This document shows positions 9,901 through 19,184 of a stretch of 64,000 nt of DNA, piece by piece (positions within the stretch are counted from its first letter, which is position 1; each line of letters opens with the position of its first letter). Under the pieces are notes generated by a model. That model saw nothing but the letters and a program-made list of their open reading frames with translations. It had not been told where the DNA came from and made no database searches. Source of the DNA: a virus; IMG/VR virus record IMGVR_UViG_3300005077_000565, positions 32,001 through 96,000 of that record; one strand, written 5' to 3'. The position numbers and the translations under genes are program-made.

Positions 9901-12900
9901 CTGGACGGTACAAACACACCAGCCCCACTGGTAATTAATACCTACGGATTTGAAGTTGACAGTTATGTACCCCCCAGCGCAGCCAAGTTGGGTTTTACAC
10001 CGATATTTGACGTTGAAATCGTCGACGGCGTATTGTACGGGCATGACGGCAGTCAACATGTAGCCTCGGGTTCTGAATACTTTGATGTCACCGACGATGC
10101 CATTGATATTGTCACTGCCTGTTTGTATGACTTTGAAGTTAGAGTAGTATCGAACATTGGATCAGTTAGTAACAATAACATACGAAATTTACTACCAACA
10201 CACCACATCACTAACAGCTACAGTTGGCAGGATACCACAGTCAGACTCGACGACTGGTACAACCGCTGGGCTGCTAGAAATAATGTAGTTGGTTATAACT
10301 CAGCCGACTATTACAACCCTGCTGACAAATTCACCTGGAACTACAGTACAGTCTATCCCTATATTGGTGGCTGGCGTGGCATCTACGTCTACTTCTTTGG
10401 AACTGATCGCCCACACACCCACCCCTGGGAAATACTGGGCTTAACCAGCAAGCCTAGCTGGTGGGATGCAAACTATAGCTGGACCGATCCAGTGCGTCGT
10501 AGTGCGTTGATCAACGCTATTCGCACTGGCCTAACCATGGAACCTGGAACTGGTCAGTGTAGTATATTGGCTGCTAGATGGAACTACGACTGGGACACAA
10601 ATGTACTAGTAGACATATCTGGCAACTTAAATGACCCAGTTACAGCCGGCGTCTGCGCAGACCCTGGTGCAGTCGCAGCCTCTGCGAATTTCCAATTCGG
10701 AGACTACGGACCATACGAAACTGACTGGCGCAACTCCAGTGAATACACGTTTGCATTAATGGAAGTTTTACTGCAACTAAAACCTTATCGTGTACATGAA
10801 CTGTTCTGGCAGATCAATAACATTGTAAAATTGTGTAACTCTAGTACTGAGAGTGTTCAGTATGGCCATAAATTTAACAACCGTCGCGCTGGACTCGACG
10901 GTACCGCTATTCACATGCTGCCCTATGAAAACGGAATAGTAAGATCTGTCACAGTAAATGCCGGTGGCACCGGTTATAATACATCATCAACTGCAACGTT
11001 GATAGTAAAAAATTCACGCCAACCAGAATTCGCAGTGACGACCCAGTCTGGTGCAGTTGTTGCTGTCAGCGTAGTAGATCCTGGTAATGGACTTTACGGT
11101 GATTCCAGACTAGATATTTCCGGCCCACTGGGCTCCAGCGGTGCAGACGCAACCGTTGATGTAATGACTGGCGCAGTTGAAACCGTTTGCGGTTTAACCA
11201 CCACAATTTCAGAGTGGGCATTTGGATTTGGTGTCAGTGCCGACAGTATCTATCAGACTCTAGGTGCGGTTCAATCAAAATTAATGTTACACGTCGGCGG
11301 CTACACTGACAAGAATATCGTTGATCTGATACTCGACGGTAGTTATAATCGTGGGCGTGTTAGAATACCCAAACAGGACTTTTCAGTTGTTCTAGATAAA
11401 AGTTCCCCTACAACTAGTGTATACTACAGTGCAGTGCAAGTCACTAAAGGTGATACTGGGTACACTGTACAGGGATTTGACACCAACAACAGAAAATTTA
11501 TCGTTGCTGTACCAAGCTACGGTGGTGCAGCTAAAAAAGAAGAAATCGGCAATTTAACAGTTGCTAGATACCTAAAATATACCAACGAAACACGCGAAGT
11601 TCGTTACGGAACTACTTTTGCTAAACGTCAGGAACTCTACGACTTTTTATTAGGGCTGTCTAAATATTACGAAACTCAGGGTTTTGAAGTTGATGTTCAG
11701 TGGAACATTGACGCTCGCGCAGTCATGGAGTGGAGTCTGGCAGATGATCCTGATCCCATTACTGTCAACGGTATCGCCGATGTTCTAACTTTCAGACAGG
11801 GTGCTGTTGGTTTTGTTGATAATATCGGATTCGTCTACGACGGGACCAGCAATTGTGTAGACTACGATGGCCGCCAGATCAAATCCAAAGATCTACTAGT
11901 ATTACGTAATGAAACCACCACGGAATTTAATGCTAAAGACAGTGCCAGACAGATTGCCGGGATTAGAATCAACGTCGTCGAGTTTGAACACGTTATTGCT
12001 ATTAATAACCTAACTCAGTTTAACGATTTAGTATATGATCCTGCGACCGGACTTGTACAGACACGTATTCTAGTACAGGGTGAGAGAACACGCAACTGGA
12101 ATGGACGATTAGAAGCTCCCGGCTATCTAGTTAGAACCACTGGTATCGTACCCAGCATTGAATCTAGTGTTCGTGAAGTAGAACGCGATAACATTAACTC
12201 TAGCAGTAAAACGCTGAATAAGATGACACGCGATACTGCGCGATTTAACGTAGGGTACGTTGAACCAGAATACTTGACCACCACATTTGTAGAAGATAAT
12301 GCAGCATACAAATTTGGACAAGGCATACGCAAGTACAAAGGCACACGCGATAGTATCAGCGCAATTATGCGTAATATAAATTTATTCGGAGCTGCACCGG
12401 CGCACCGCGTACATGACGAATGGATGATACGTCTAGGGGATTATGGTGATAAACGTCAGCGCAATCCAATACAGTTTAGCCTATCTGCCGATCTTATCAA
12501 GTCTAATCCACAGAGCATAAGATTTAACGCCGATTATATAAGTGATGATGTTAGCGATCGTGTCATTGACTATCATCAAGGGAGTTATCGTTTAATTTCT
12601 GGCGATATCACACAATCGCTACCTATGATGCCAGCAGTGCAGTATACCACTAACCGAACAATTGAGCAGAGTGAAATGTTCGGTAAGTTCAACAAAACTG
12701 CAGGCCTACCACTAATCACTGAGACTGATTATTTCTTAAAAAGTATCGATGATATTGGATCAGTATATGACAGTGAATCTGAATATGCAAACATACCAGC
12801 CTGGAGCGACAGTGTAAGCTATAAACGCGGAGATCGTGTCAGAATTAACGGTGATGTCTATCAATGCAACGTTGACTACACTGGTATAGTACCAGTGGTG

Positions 12901-15900
12901 AATCCGCTGACCATCAAAGGTACTGTTTACTTTCCCAGTGTACCAGTCAATTCAACTTTAATCATTGATGGAACTACAATTACGCTGGCCAAAGCAGCCA
13001 CTACGTCCACTAGAAATACCATAGAGTTAACAGGCACTGTTAATAATCCTGAACTGCCCAACAACAGTTCACTCAGCATTGACAACGCGACTATTTTGTT
13101 CGAGAAAACTCAGACAGTGGTAACGTATGACCCCATTAATGCCACTGGGTCAGTGATCAACCCCAGCTTCACTGGCGGGCTTGGAAAAACATTTGTTATT
13201 AACGGAACTGTAATTGATTTTAATCAAACTAGTAGTTTTAATACTGCTAGCTTGAATCCATCTAATTCAACCGGTGCCACTCAGGTCAACTGGTACGGCT
13301 CTGCTATATCTGGATCCGTCACCGGTGCCAGCGATCTATATATTGACAATACATCGGTTAGATTCTCAGTACCCGGTGTCACCGGCACTGGTCCGGTGAG
13401 CTATTATCGAACAATAGTTAATAGTGTACCCAGCGCCTGGATTTCTCTGGGTACCCAATCCAGTCCTATCACCGGGTACAGTGAAATTGATTCTGTGATA
13501 GTAACCATTGAACGTGCAACCTGGCCCACTGGGGCAGATTTTACTGCTAATACCAATGGTGTCACTGATTTCCAATACAATATCGCAGTTAGATTGGCCA
13601 GTATCAGCGAAGTACCAGTTAATTATACTATATCAAGTATTGTTAGTCGTATTAACTCTTATGCAATTTCCGACGTAATAGCCAGCAATTTTGAAAACCG
13701 TCTAAGAATAACCAGCACTGATACCAGTCTAGTTATCGGTGCCGGGACAATGAATTCTGCGCTGGGATTCCCAGTCACCAGTACCGTTTACACTGCCACC
13801 AGTAATACATCTGTTGTGGGTGCGAATTCAACACTGACTGAAATAGTTACTACAATTAATAACAGCAATATTGTCGGTGTTACAGCCAGCGCAGTGTCTG
13901 GAAAACTAGTGTTGACTAGTGTTAATGAGTCATTGACTGTTAACTACACAACTGCAGTGGATTTGGTCGGCATACCATCAGGAACTTTTGCAGCTTCATA
14001 TAACACAACCACAACATATGTTGACAGTACAATATATGATGTCATTGATGCCATCACTGAACAAAATCTTGTTGGTATCACTGCTACAAACGTGGATAAC
14101 CAACTAGTGATCAACAGTGTCAACGACAGTTTAAGTATTGGTGCTGGTTCTGCAAACAGTTATCTTGGACTGTCTGAAACTATTCTCAGCGCATCAACTG
14201 TTATTGAAGGTGAAACGGTGGCCGGAGGAAATGTGTTTGATGTCAATGATTGGATATCAATTACAGATCCCGCGCAGTTTAGTGTCTGGTTAGTTGACAA
14301 CCTAGGAACCACTAATATTTCTTCAGATGCGCTACCAGGCTACAATGTATATCAGGTATTTGATTTTAAACAGGGTATCGTTGAAATATGTGCTGGTAAT
14401 CTACTAAGTGATGCCGCCATGGTTAGTACATCCGCTGACCATAATGTTGAAATTGGTGACTATGTCATGATTTTAGGTAGCACCAGTACACCCAACGTTG
14501 ACGGTATTCATCGTGTAATTGGCGTGGAAAATGAAACACATTTCTACATTGATGTGTTTATTGAAGAAAAGGGTTACGGCGGCAAAATATTGCCAGTAAA
14601 ACCCACTAGATTCAGCAGCACTCGTGAATTAAATCAGACATTGACTGCCGTTTCGTATACCAATGGAGTTCTGGGCTGGCGCGATGGTATGTTGGCTTAT
14701 GTCGACGACATTAGAAATTCCGGTGTCAGCAGTAACATTGGTGGAGTATATGTCACCAAAACCAACATCCACACAGGACAAAAATACTTCGAGTTAATTA
14801 GAAGTCAGACCGTTAAAGCTGATAACCGCGCGATCAAGAATGCTGTGATTTATGATGGTGTGACGCAGGAAAAATTTGCTCAATTGGAAGTTTACGATCC
14901 AGTTAAAGGTATATTGCCGGGTTCAGTCGAGCGTGAAATAAATTATACCTACGGATTTGACCCTGCAACTTACAGCAGTACGACCGACGTCCGTTACACT
15001 GTTAACAACAATAATGCCTGGGACAACACATACGTCGGAAAGGTGTGGTGGGATACCAGCAACGCATATTATCTAGATTATGAACAGAGCACTACTGAGT
15101 ATCGTCAAGAGTACTGGGGGCAGTTGTACCCAACCAGTACGGTCGATGTCTACGAGTGGACTAAGAGTACAGTACCACCAGATCAATATGCACAGGCAGT
15201 CATTGATCTAACGGTTGTCGACGGCTCGTTGTTAACCGGTGATGCCTATTACAAAATTGGACAATATGAAGAAGTACAGTATTATTGGACTGAAGAAACT
15301 GCCTATGATGCTGCCACTGGTCGTGACGAAACCTATTACTATTTCTGGGTCAAGAATAAGACTACAACCGGCAACCCTGATCGACAACTGACAACTACAC
15401 AGATTGAAAACATGTTGTTGGACCCCACTGGGTCTGGTATTAACTGGGTGGCCGCCACAGGAGAAAATTCTGTAGTTATCAGTAATCCGGTGAATTACTT
15501 ACTGAGTGACTCAGCCGTGGTGCAGATTAATTTCCAGTCGACTGGTACAGAACTACACCAGGAGTATGCACTACTGGCAGAAAATGATCCTGCACTGCAT
15601 ATTTCAGAATGGCTACACCTAGGTTTACGTGATAGTATTGCCATGTATGATCGTAGTTCAACTGTTGTTGACTGCTCCGATTATGAAATTGGTGTAAATT
15701 ATCCTGCAGGCGCATATGTTAGAAGTACTTCTGGAAATTATTTTAAAGCCAAGCGTGATACCACAACTAATCCAGATGTATCAACACTGTCCTGGCAGCG
15801 AGTATATGCAGTGGTCGAAGATCAGGATGGATTGGTTGATGATACAATACCATATGGACATTTCCAGATCAGATTAACTACACCGAATCCGGTCCCCGAC

Positions 15901-17454
15901 AATCGTCTGCATCCTTATTCAAGATACGGTAATCAGATCAGACCTCGTCAGAGTTGGATACGTGATGTACTTTCTGCACGCCGCGTTGCGCTGGAAAAAA
16001 TCAATAAATTATTATTAGACATCAACTTAGTTGATACTATCCCAGACTGGGGTGATAACCTATTAAAACAACAGCGAACAGTCGGTGAAACCGTCTATGA
16101 CTTTACTAAATTCTGGAGCTACGCTGACTGGGTAAACCCAGTTACTGGCTATCAGATAGGCACGGTTCCTGACCGTGTAGTAATAACACGTAACGAATTA
16201 GATTTAGTTGAGCCAGTTGAAGGCGAATTGGCATTGGTTAAAATCAGTGTTGACGCTGATCGCATTAACCGCCGCCACGTATATCGTTATGTAAATGGTA
16301 CCTGGGAGATCCAGTTCAAGGAAAAGGCAACCATACAGTTCAACGACCTAATGTGGAACTACGAAAAGTATAGCTACGGCTGGGATAATGGAAGCTGGGA
16401 TTACGCCAATTGGGACCAGGATCCTGGTGCATTAATTAACGATGTACTTGACACGCTGTATTACGACGTTTTCACTGGCCAGTATAACCACATGTACACT
16501 GAATTCTGGTTCGCCATGATGAACTATATCATAAGCGAACAAGACCACGTGGACTGGATATTTAAATCAACATACATCAAGACCTATGTTGAACACGATC
16601 TAGACCACCGCCTGCGTTTATACCAAGTTCAGCATGAGCAGGAACTGATCGACTACATCAACAGCGTTAAACCCTTCCATACTAAACTGCGTGATTCAGT
16701 ATTTGTAAGGACTGCTGATGAAAACCCAAGAATTTCCATCAGTAGCGAAAATACATTTGATGTCACCATTCGTCTGAATCGCCTTGAGCAATATGAATTT
16801 GGCGGACTGATTGTCGATGGTGGCGCTAACTGGGCCAGCTCTGACAACGAAGATTATTCACTGTTCACCACTGCTGATGGTGATTACGACTGGATTTATG
16901 ATGCCACTGGACTGGTTCTAAACCCACACACTGCCATGGACAACGATCCTGAATTGGCACCAATTACTGCCGATGAATCAGTAGCCATAACTGTCACCAC
17001 CAACGTCAGCGGTTCAACAGTGACTGATGATACTGTACGTTATCGAATGTTTATAGATCCCACTGGCGAATTGCATAGCGACGTTATCAGAGAAACTCTG
17101 GAACTGGCAGTACCAATCACCGATGTCGACACTGAAATAACATTGGCAGATCTGTCAAGTGTAGTAGCATCAGATATAACTGAATTCTGGATCGGCGCCG
17201 AGTTAATCGAGTTTAGTCACTTTGTTGGCAATACCGCAGTAAATTGTCGTCGAGGTGCACGTGGGACTAGTCCTGCAGCACACGATTCTGGATCTGTTGT
17301 CTATGTGTCAGGCCCGTCTTATCGAATTCCAATACACAGCAATATAAGATCATATGTTGATAATTTAAGAACTGCGTATAATGACCCTGGTTTGAGCTTG
17401 ACTGATAACACTAGCGTCTACTACGATGCTGACTTCATTAGAAGAAACTCATAA
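6949..17454 (+). CDS. Giant (3501 aa) baseplate/virion structural protein (gp7-position)
   Basis: Uninterrupted ORF after gp6; N-terminal LPAIFKTDTNRRFL and C-terminal YINSVKPFHTKLR resemble jumbo-phage wedge proteins; internal T/S/N-rich beta repeats. Confidence 0.75.
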   Translation: MSKYKANPQKLPNNTQGNEQQIYVGKRPSVEMLPAIFKTDTNRRFLDSTLDQLLSSGSTETLDTYWGRVSSKNYIFGRDLFADEHSAQRRNYQLAPGYGVVQDLETQDAITYISVLNSLKQSGADITDVNRLMSEPGYVLDLPINVDMFINNVNYYWYCNGDSLPVCEITATATDPIDIDQITLQSSYTTPVLANGKTLTLVSGMLVKFTGDYVTTSEYKLDAVYYVENVGNDGIRLIEKYDETGRLVFLNVQQYSASIPSRSWDRENWDTTAWDYSEFGDAGKEYIVVNRSGQDRNPWVRANQWHSIYAIKATVEFNDLEINDYISSERRAQRPIIEWHANYELFNTGTRDLTPVTHLIDDVADPATTIVGQELYRHHDDLLLDNDRVLFFNAGTYSNKIYRVTGFGTSIALVLESDESTLVSGDKVLVLHHQGTVSGAEYYWNGTSWVYGQQKQTRGSAPKFNLYDSSNIALSSYADTDFAGDYVFKYTANSAGVVDRELGFAPKFNSERNNNDISFDLTLNNTRYYQNLGTDLREEISGYYYIKNRSTGKFNNLWTLIREGQHAPILQTHIVTDETESVKFKLASEDLGYSTQYYVSYSQGYRWSTSNYASTDEVGTANPLLVFQRGVEYSIVNLIADAAHDLEFVTPLGVTDPEISVTTSGQQVIVTVSDQYQYSSVIYRSQTDPEMRGTIVLVADTGLRLRLLKNGDRLILGQDFTITGDQLSVITAGVRGDVYDLEYTTQSAPDMAVVQDIAPVHKYNPMNAAVSQVGFANLLNHFEDQLLAMPGIASEIFGYNDYYKLPTLHSYGGTIRQQIYSPAKMSYLSSRAETNPFNALVKASDDYRNFKTYFKNKVKQIWESKRYLGETYSVREIVDQALHEINLGKTNDFAYARSDMVYYEEPHARNMADYNKENEVKYYVIDDQTVFTLPQVENYYTDKKTHIYVWLTEYNGSAYVERPLIRNVDYTVSGNVLTLTNTVTLDGTNTPAPLVINTYGFEVDSYVPPSAAKLGFTPIFDVEIVDGVLYGHDGSQHVASGSEYFDVTDDAIDIVTACLYDFEVRVVSNIGSVSNNNIRNLLPTHHITNSYSWQDTTVRLDDWYNRWAARNNVVGYNSADYYNPADKFTWNYSTVYPYIGGWRGIYVYFFGTDRPHTHPWEILGLTSKPSWWDANYSWTDPVRRSALINAIRTGLTMEPGTGQCSILAARWNYDWDTNVLVDISGNLNDPVTAGVCADPGAVAASANFQFGDYGPYETDWRNSSEYTFALMEVLLQLKPYRVHELFWQINNIVKLCNSSTESVQYGHKFNNRRAGLDGTAIHMLPYENGIVRSVTVNAGGTGYNTSSTATLIVKNSRQPEFAVTTQSGAVVAVSVVDPGNGLYGDSRLDISGPLGSSGADATVDVMTGAVETVCGLTTTISEWAFGFGVSADSIYQTLGAVQSKLMLHVGGYTDKNIVDLILDGSYNRGRVRIPKQDFSVVLDKSSPTTSVYYSAVQVTKGDTGYTVQGFDTNNRKFIVAVPSYGGAAKKEEIGNLTVARYLKYTNETREVRYGTTFAKRQELYDFLLGLSKYYETQGFEVDVQWNIDARAVMEWSLADDPDPITVNGIADVLTFRQGAVGFVDNIGFVYDGTSNCVDYDGRQIKSKDLLVLRNETTTEFNAKDSARQIAGIRINVVEFEHVIAINNLTQFNDLVYDPATGLVQTRILVQGERTRNWNGRLEAPGYLVRTTGIVPSIESSVREVERDNINSSSKTLNKMTRDTARFNVGYVEPEYLTTTFVEDNAAYKFGQGIRKYKGTRDSISAIMRNINLFGAAPAHRVHDEWMIRLGDYGDKRQRNPIQFSLSADLIKSNPQSIRFNADYISDDVSDRVIDYHQGSYRLISGDITQSLPMMPAVQYTTNRTIEQSEMFGKFNKTAGLPLITETDYFLKSIDDIGSVYDSESEYANIPAWSDSVSYKRGDRVRINGDVYQCNVDYTGIVPVVNPLTIKGTVYFPSVPVNSTLIIDGTTITLAKAATTSTRNTIELTGTVNNPELPNNSSLSIDNATILFEKTQTVVTYDPINATGSVINPSFTGGLGKTFVINGTVIDFNQTSSFNTASLNPSNSTGATQVNWYGSAISGSVTGASDLYIDNTSVRFSVPGVTGTGPVSYYRTIVNSVPSAWISLGTQSSPITGYSEIDSVIVTIERATWPTGADFTANTNGVTDFQYNIAVRLASISEVPVNYTISSIVSRINSYAISDVIASNFENRLRITSTDTSLVIGAGTMNSALGFPVTSTVYTATSNTSVVGANSTLTEIVTTINNSNIVGVTASAVSGKLVLTSVNESLTVNYTTAVDLVGIPSGTFAASYNTTTTYVDSTIYDVIDAITEQNLVGITATNVDNQLVINSVNDSLSIGAGSANSYLGLSETILSASTVIEGETVAGGNVFDVNDWISITDPAQFSVWLVDNLGTTNISSDALPGYNVYQVFDFKQGIVEICAGNLLSDAAMVSTSADHNVEIGDYVMILGSTSTPNVDGIHRVIGVENETHFYIDVFIEEKGYGGKILPVKPTRFSSTRELNQTLTAVSYTNGVLGWRDGMLAYVDDIRNSGVSSNIGGVYVTKTNIHTGQKYFELIRSQTVKADNRAIKNAVIYDGVTQEKFAQLEVYDPVKGILPGSVEREINYTYGFDPATYSSTTDVRYTVNNNNAWDNTYVGKVWWDTSNAYYLDYEQSTTEYRQEYWGQLYPTSTVDVYEWTKSTVPPDQYAQAVIDLTVVDGSLLTGDAYYKIGQYEEVQYYWTEETAYDAATGRDETYYYFWVKNKTTTGNPDRQLTTTQIENMLLDPTGSGINWVAATGENSVVISNPVNYLLSDSAVVQINFQSTGTELHQEYALLAENDPALHISEWLHLGLRDSIAMYDRSSTVVDCSDYEIGVNYPAGAYVRSTSGNYFKAKRDTTTNPDVSTLSWQRVYAVVEDQDGLVDDTIPYGHFQIRLTTPNPVPDNRLHPYSRYGNQIRPRQSWIRDVLSARRVALEKINKLLLDINLVDTIPDWGDNLLKQQRTVGETVYDFTKFWSYADWVNPVTGYQIGTVPDRVVITRNELDLVEPVEGELALVKISVDADRINRRHVYRYVNGTWEIQFKEKATIQFNDLMWNYEKYSYGWDNGSWDYANWDQDPGALINDVLDTLYYDVFTGQYNHMYTEFWFAMMNYIISEQDHVDWIFKSTYIKTYVEHDLDHRLRLYQVQHEQELIDYINSVKPFHTKLRDSVFVRTADENPRISISSENTFDVTIRLNRLEQYEFGGLIVDGGANWASSDNEDYSLFTTADGDYDWIYDATGLVLNPHTAMDNDPELAPITADESVAITVTTNVSGSTVTDDTVRYRMFIDPTGELHSDVIRETLELAVPITDVDTEITLADLSSVVASDITEFWIGAELIEFSHFVGNTAVNCRRGARGTSPAAHDSGSVVYVSGPSYRIPIHSNIRSYVDNLRTAYNDPGLSLTDNTSVYYDADFIRRNS

Positions 17455-17474
17455 TAACTAGTGTTTACGAAATG

Positions 17475-17482
17475 TATAAATA
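17475..17482 (+). promoter_or_regulatory. T4-like late promoter TATAAATA
   Basis: Perfect TATAAATA in the intergenic gap, followed by AGGA and the ATG at 17505. Confidence 0.65.
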
Positions 17483-17504
17483 AGTATATTAGGATTTTTG
17501 ATAT

Positions 17505-18095
17505 ATGCGCCAATTACAAGAAAAAGCCGGACTAGCAGTTGAAGGACACATCAAGATTCTGGATCCAGAATCCGGTGAAGTGTTCGTCAACAAGCACAAT
17601 GCCATCAACTATGAAAACATCAGTGTTGCCATTGCCAACCTGTTGGCCAACCTAAATTTAGGCCCCAACAGAAACTATCATATTTTAGAAATGGTGTTCG
17701 GCAACGGCGGTGTCAATGTTGACGCAACTGGGTTAGTTAACTATAAGGTAACTAATACAACCAGCGCCAGCGGAACACTGTACAATGAAACGTTTGCTAA
17801 AGTAGTAGCCAATCTCAGCAGTGTTGATCCAGAAAACAACATGGTGGTCAACCACACCGGTGGTAATCACTACAGCGACATTGTTATTACTTGTACGCTT
17901 GATTACAGTGAACCAAACGATCAGGAAACACTGGACACATCAGTAAATATGACTGGCGATTATATTTTTGATGAACTGGGTCTGCGAACACAAGCTGGAA
18001 CATTTATCAGCCATGTAATCTTTCACCCAGTTCAGAAGAGCGCCAATAGAAAAATTCAAGTTATATACACTATAAGAATTACAGCAGGATCATAA
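17505..18095 (+). CDS. Virion structural protein (baseplate-associated)
   Basis: GHIKI.D..NKHNAI..FDELGL..HVIFHPVQKS.NR..Q..YTIRI pattern; structural-module context; AGGA RBS. Confidence 0.6.
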   Translation: MRQLQEKAGLAVEGHIKILDPESGEVFVNKHNAINYENISVAIANLLANLNLGPNRNYHILEMVFGNGGVNVDATGLVNYKVTNTTSASGTLYNETFAKVVANLSSVDPENNMVVNHTGGNHYSDIVITCTLDYSEPNDQETLDTSVNMTGDYIFDELGLRTQAGTFISHVIFHPVQKSANRKIQVIYTIRITAGS

Positions 18096-18097
18096 TT

Positions 18098-19183
18098 ATG
18101 CCATATACAGTAGATTATTCAGATGGATTAAAAGCACCACTAGTAGTGGCCGATGGTACAGTCAACACTGAAACCGACATAACTTTGGTGGGTAAAAACT
18201 ATGCTCGGTATGGTGAACTTATTGCCGAAAACCTGTTGCATTTATTAGAAAATTTCGCAGGATCAGCATCGCCCGATAACCCAAGTGAGGGTCAACTGTG
18301 GTATGATAACGTCAACAATGTGTTGAATTATTTCGATGATCGAGCCAGCGCCGGCGGTGTGTGGAAACCACTTGCTACACTAATTGTATCAGAAACTGAG
18401 CCAACACACGAGATCGCCGAAGGGACACTTTGGATGGACAGTGATGGGTTCGGTGCCGGTGGTAAGGTTTATATATATTTTTCCGGTGAGTGGCTGCCCC
18501 TCCAGGTGGCCAATAAAAATAACAGTGTGATACATGCTCAGGTTTTAGATACATCATTGGTAACACACAATGTACTAAAAGTATCAGCTAATGGAATTTT
18601 AGTTGGTATTATCAGCAGCGACACCACTGACTGGGTACCAAACTACGATGTCAGTGGAGGCACTGCTGAATATTCGTTGGACGGCGTCACACTACTCAAA
18701 GACCTATTCCCAATCGTCAAAGCCGGCTATAACTTAAATGTTTCCGGCAGTGAATTTTTGTTCAACGGTACTGCTACTAGTGCGCAATATGCTGACTTGG
18801 CCGAACGTTACGAAGCCGACGCAGTCTACGACTACGGAACAGTAGTTGAGATTGGTGGTGCTAAAGAAATTACAATTTGTCATCATGATCTCTGCGATCG
18901 TGTATTTGGTGTGATCAGTACGAGACCTGGTCTGATGCTGAATTCCATGGCTGGTGACAATAACACACACCCTTATGTTGCTCTAGCTGGTCGAGTACCC
19001 TGCAAGGTGGTCGGTACAGTGCGCAAGGGCGACCGTCTAGTAACTTCAGGAGAAATGCCCGGACATGCTCGTGCGGTGAGTTTTGATGACGCAGTGTCCT
19101 ATCAACATGTAATTGGTCGCGCACTTGAATCTAAAATCAACACAGAACCAGGTTTAATTGAAATAGTTGTAGGGGCAAGATAA
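18098..19183 (+). CDS. Tail fibre/baseplate protein with C-terminal intramolecular-chaperone-like (peptidase G2-like) domain
   Basis: LVGKNY..YGE..AEN.LHLLENFA..P..EGQLWYD at the N-terminus; ADLAERY..GVIST.PG..VALAGRVPCKV.G.V.KGD.LV at the C-terminus. Confidence 0.65.
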   Translation: MPYTVDYSDGLKAPLVVADGTVNTETDITLVGKNYARYGELIAENLLHLLENFAGSASPDNPSEGQLWYDNVNNVLNYFDDRASAGGVWKPLATLIVSETEPTHEIAEGTLWMDSDGFGAGGKVYIYFSGEWLPLQVANKNNSVIHAQVLDTSLVTHNVLKVSANGILVGIISSDTTDWVPNYDVSGGTAEYSLDGVTLLKDLFPIVKAGYNLNVSGSEFLFNGTATSAQYADLAERYEADAVYDYGTVVEIGGAKEITICHHDLCDRVFGVISTRPGLMLNSMAGDNNTHPYVALAGRVPCKVVGTVRKGDRLVTSGEMPGHARAVSFDDAVSYQHVIGRALESKINTEPGLIEIVVGAR

Positions 19184-19184
19184 C

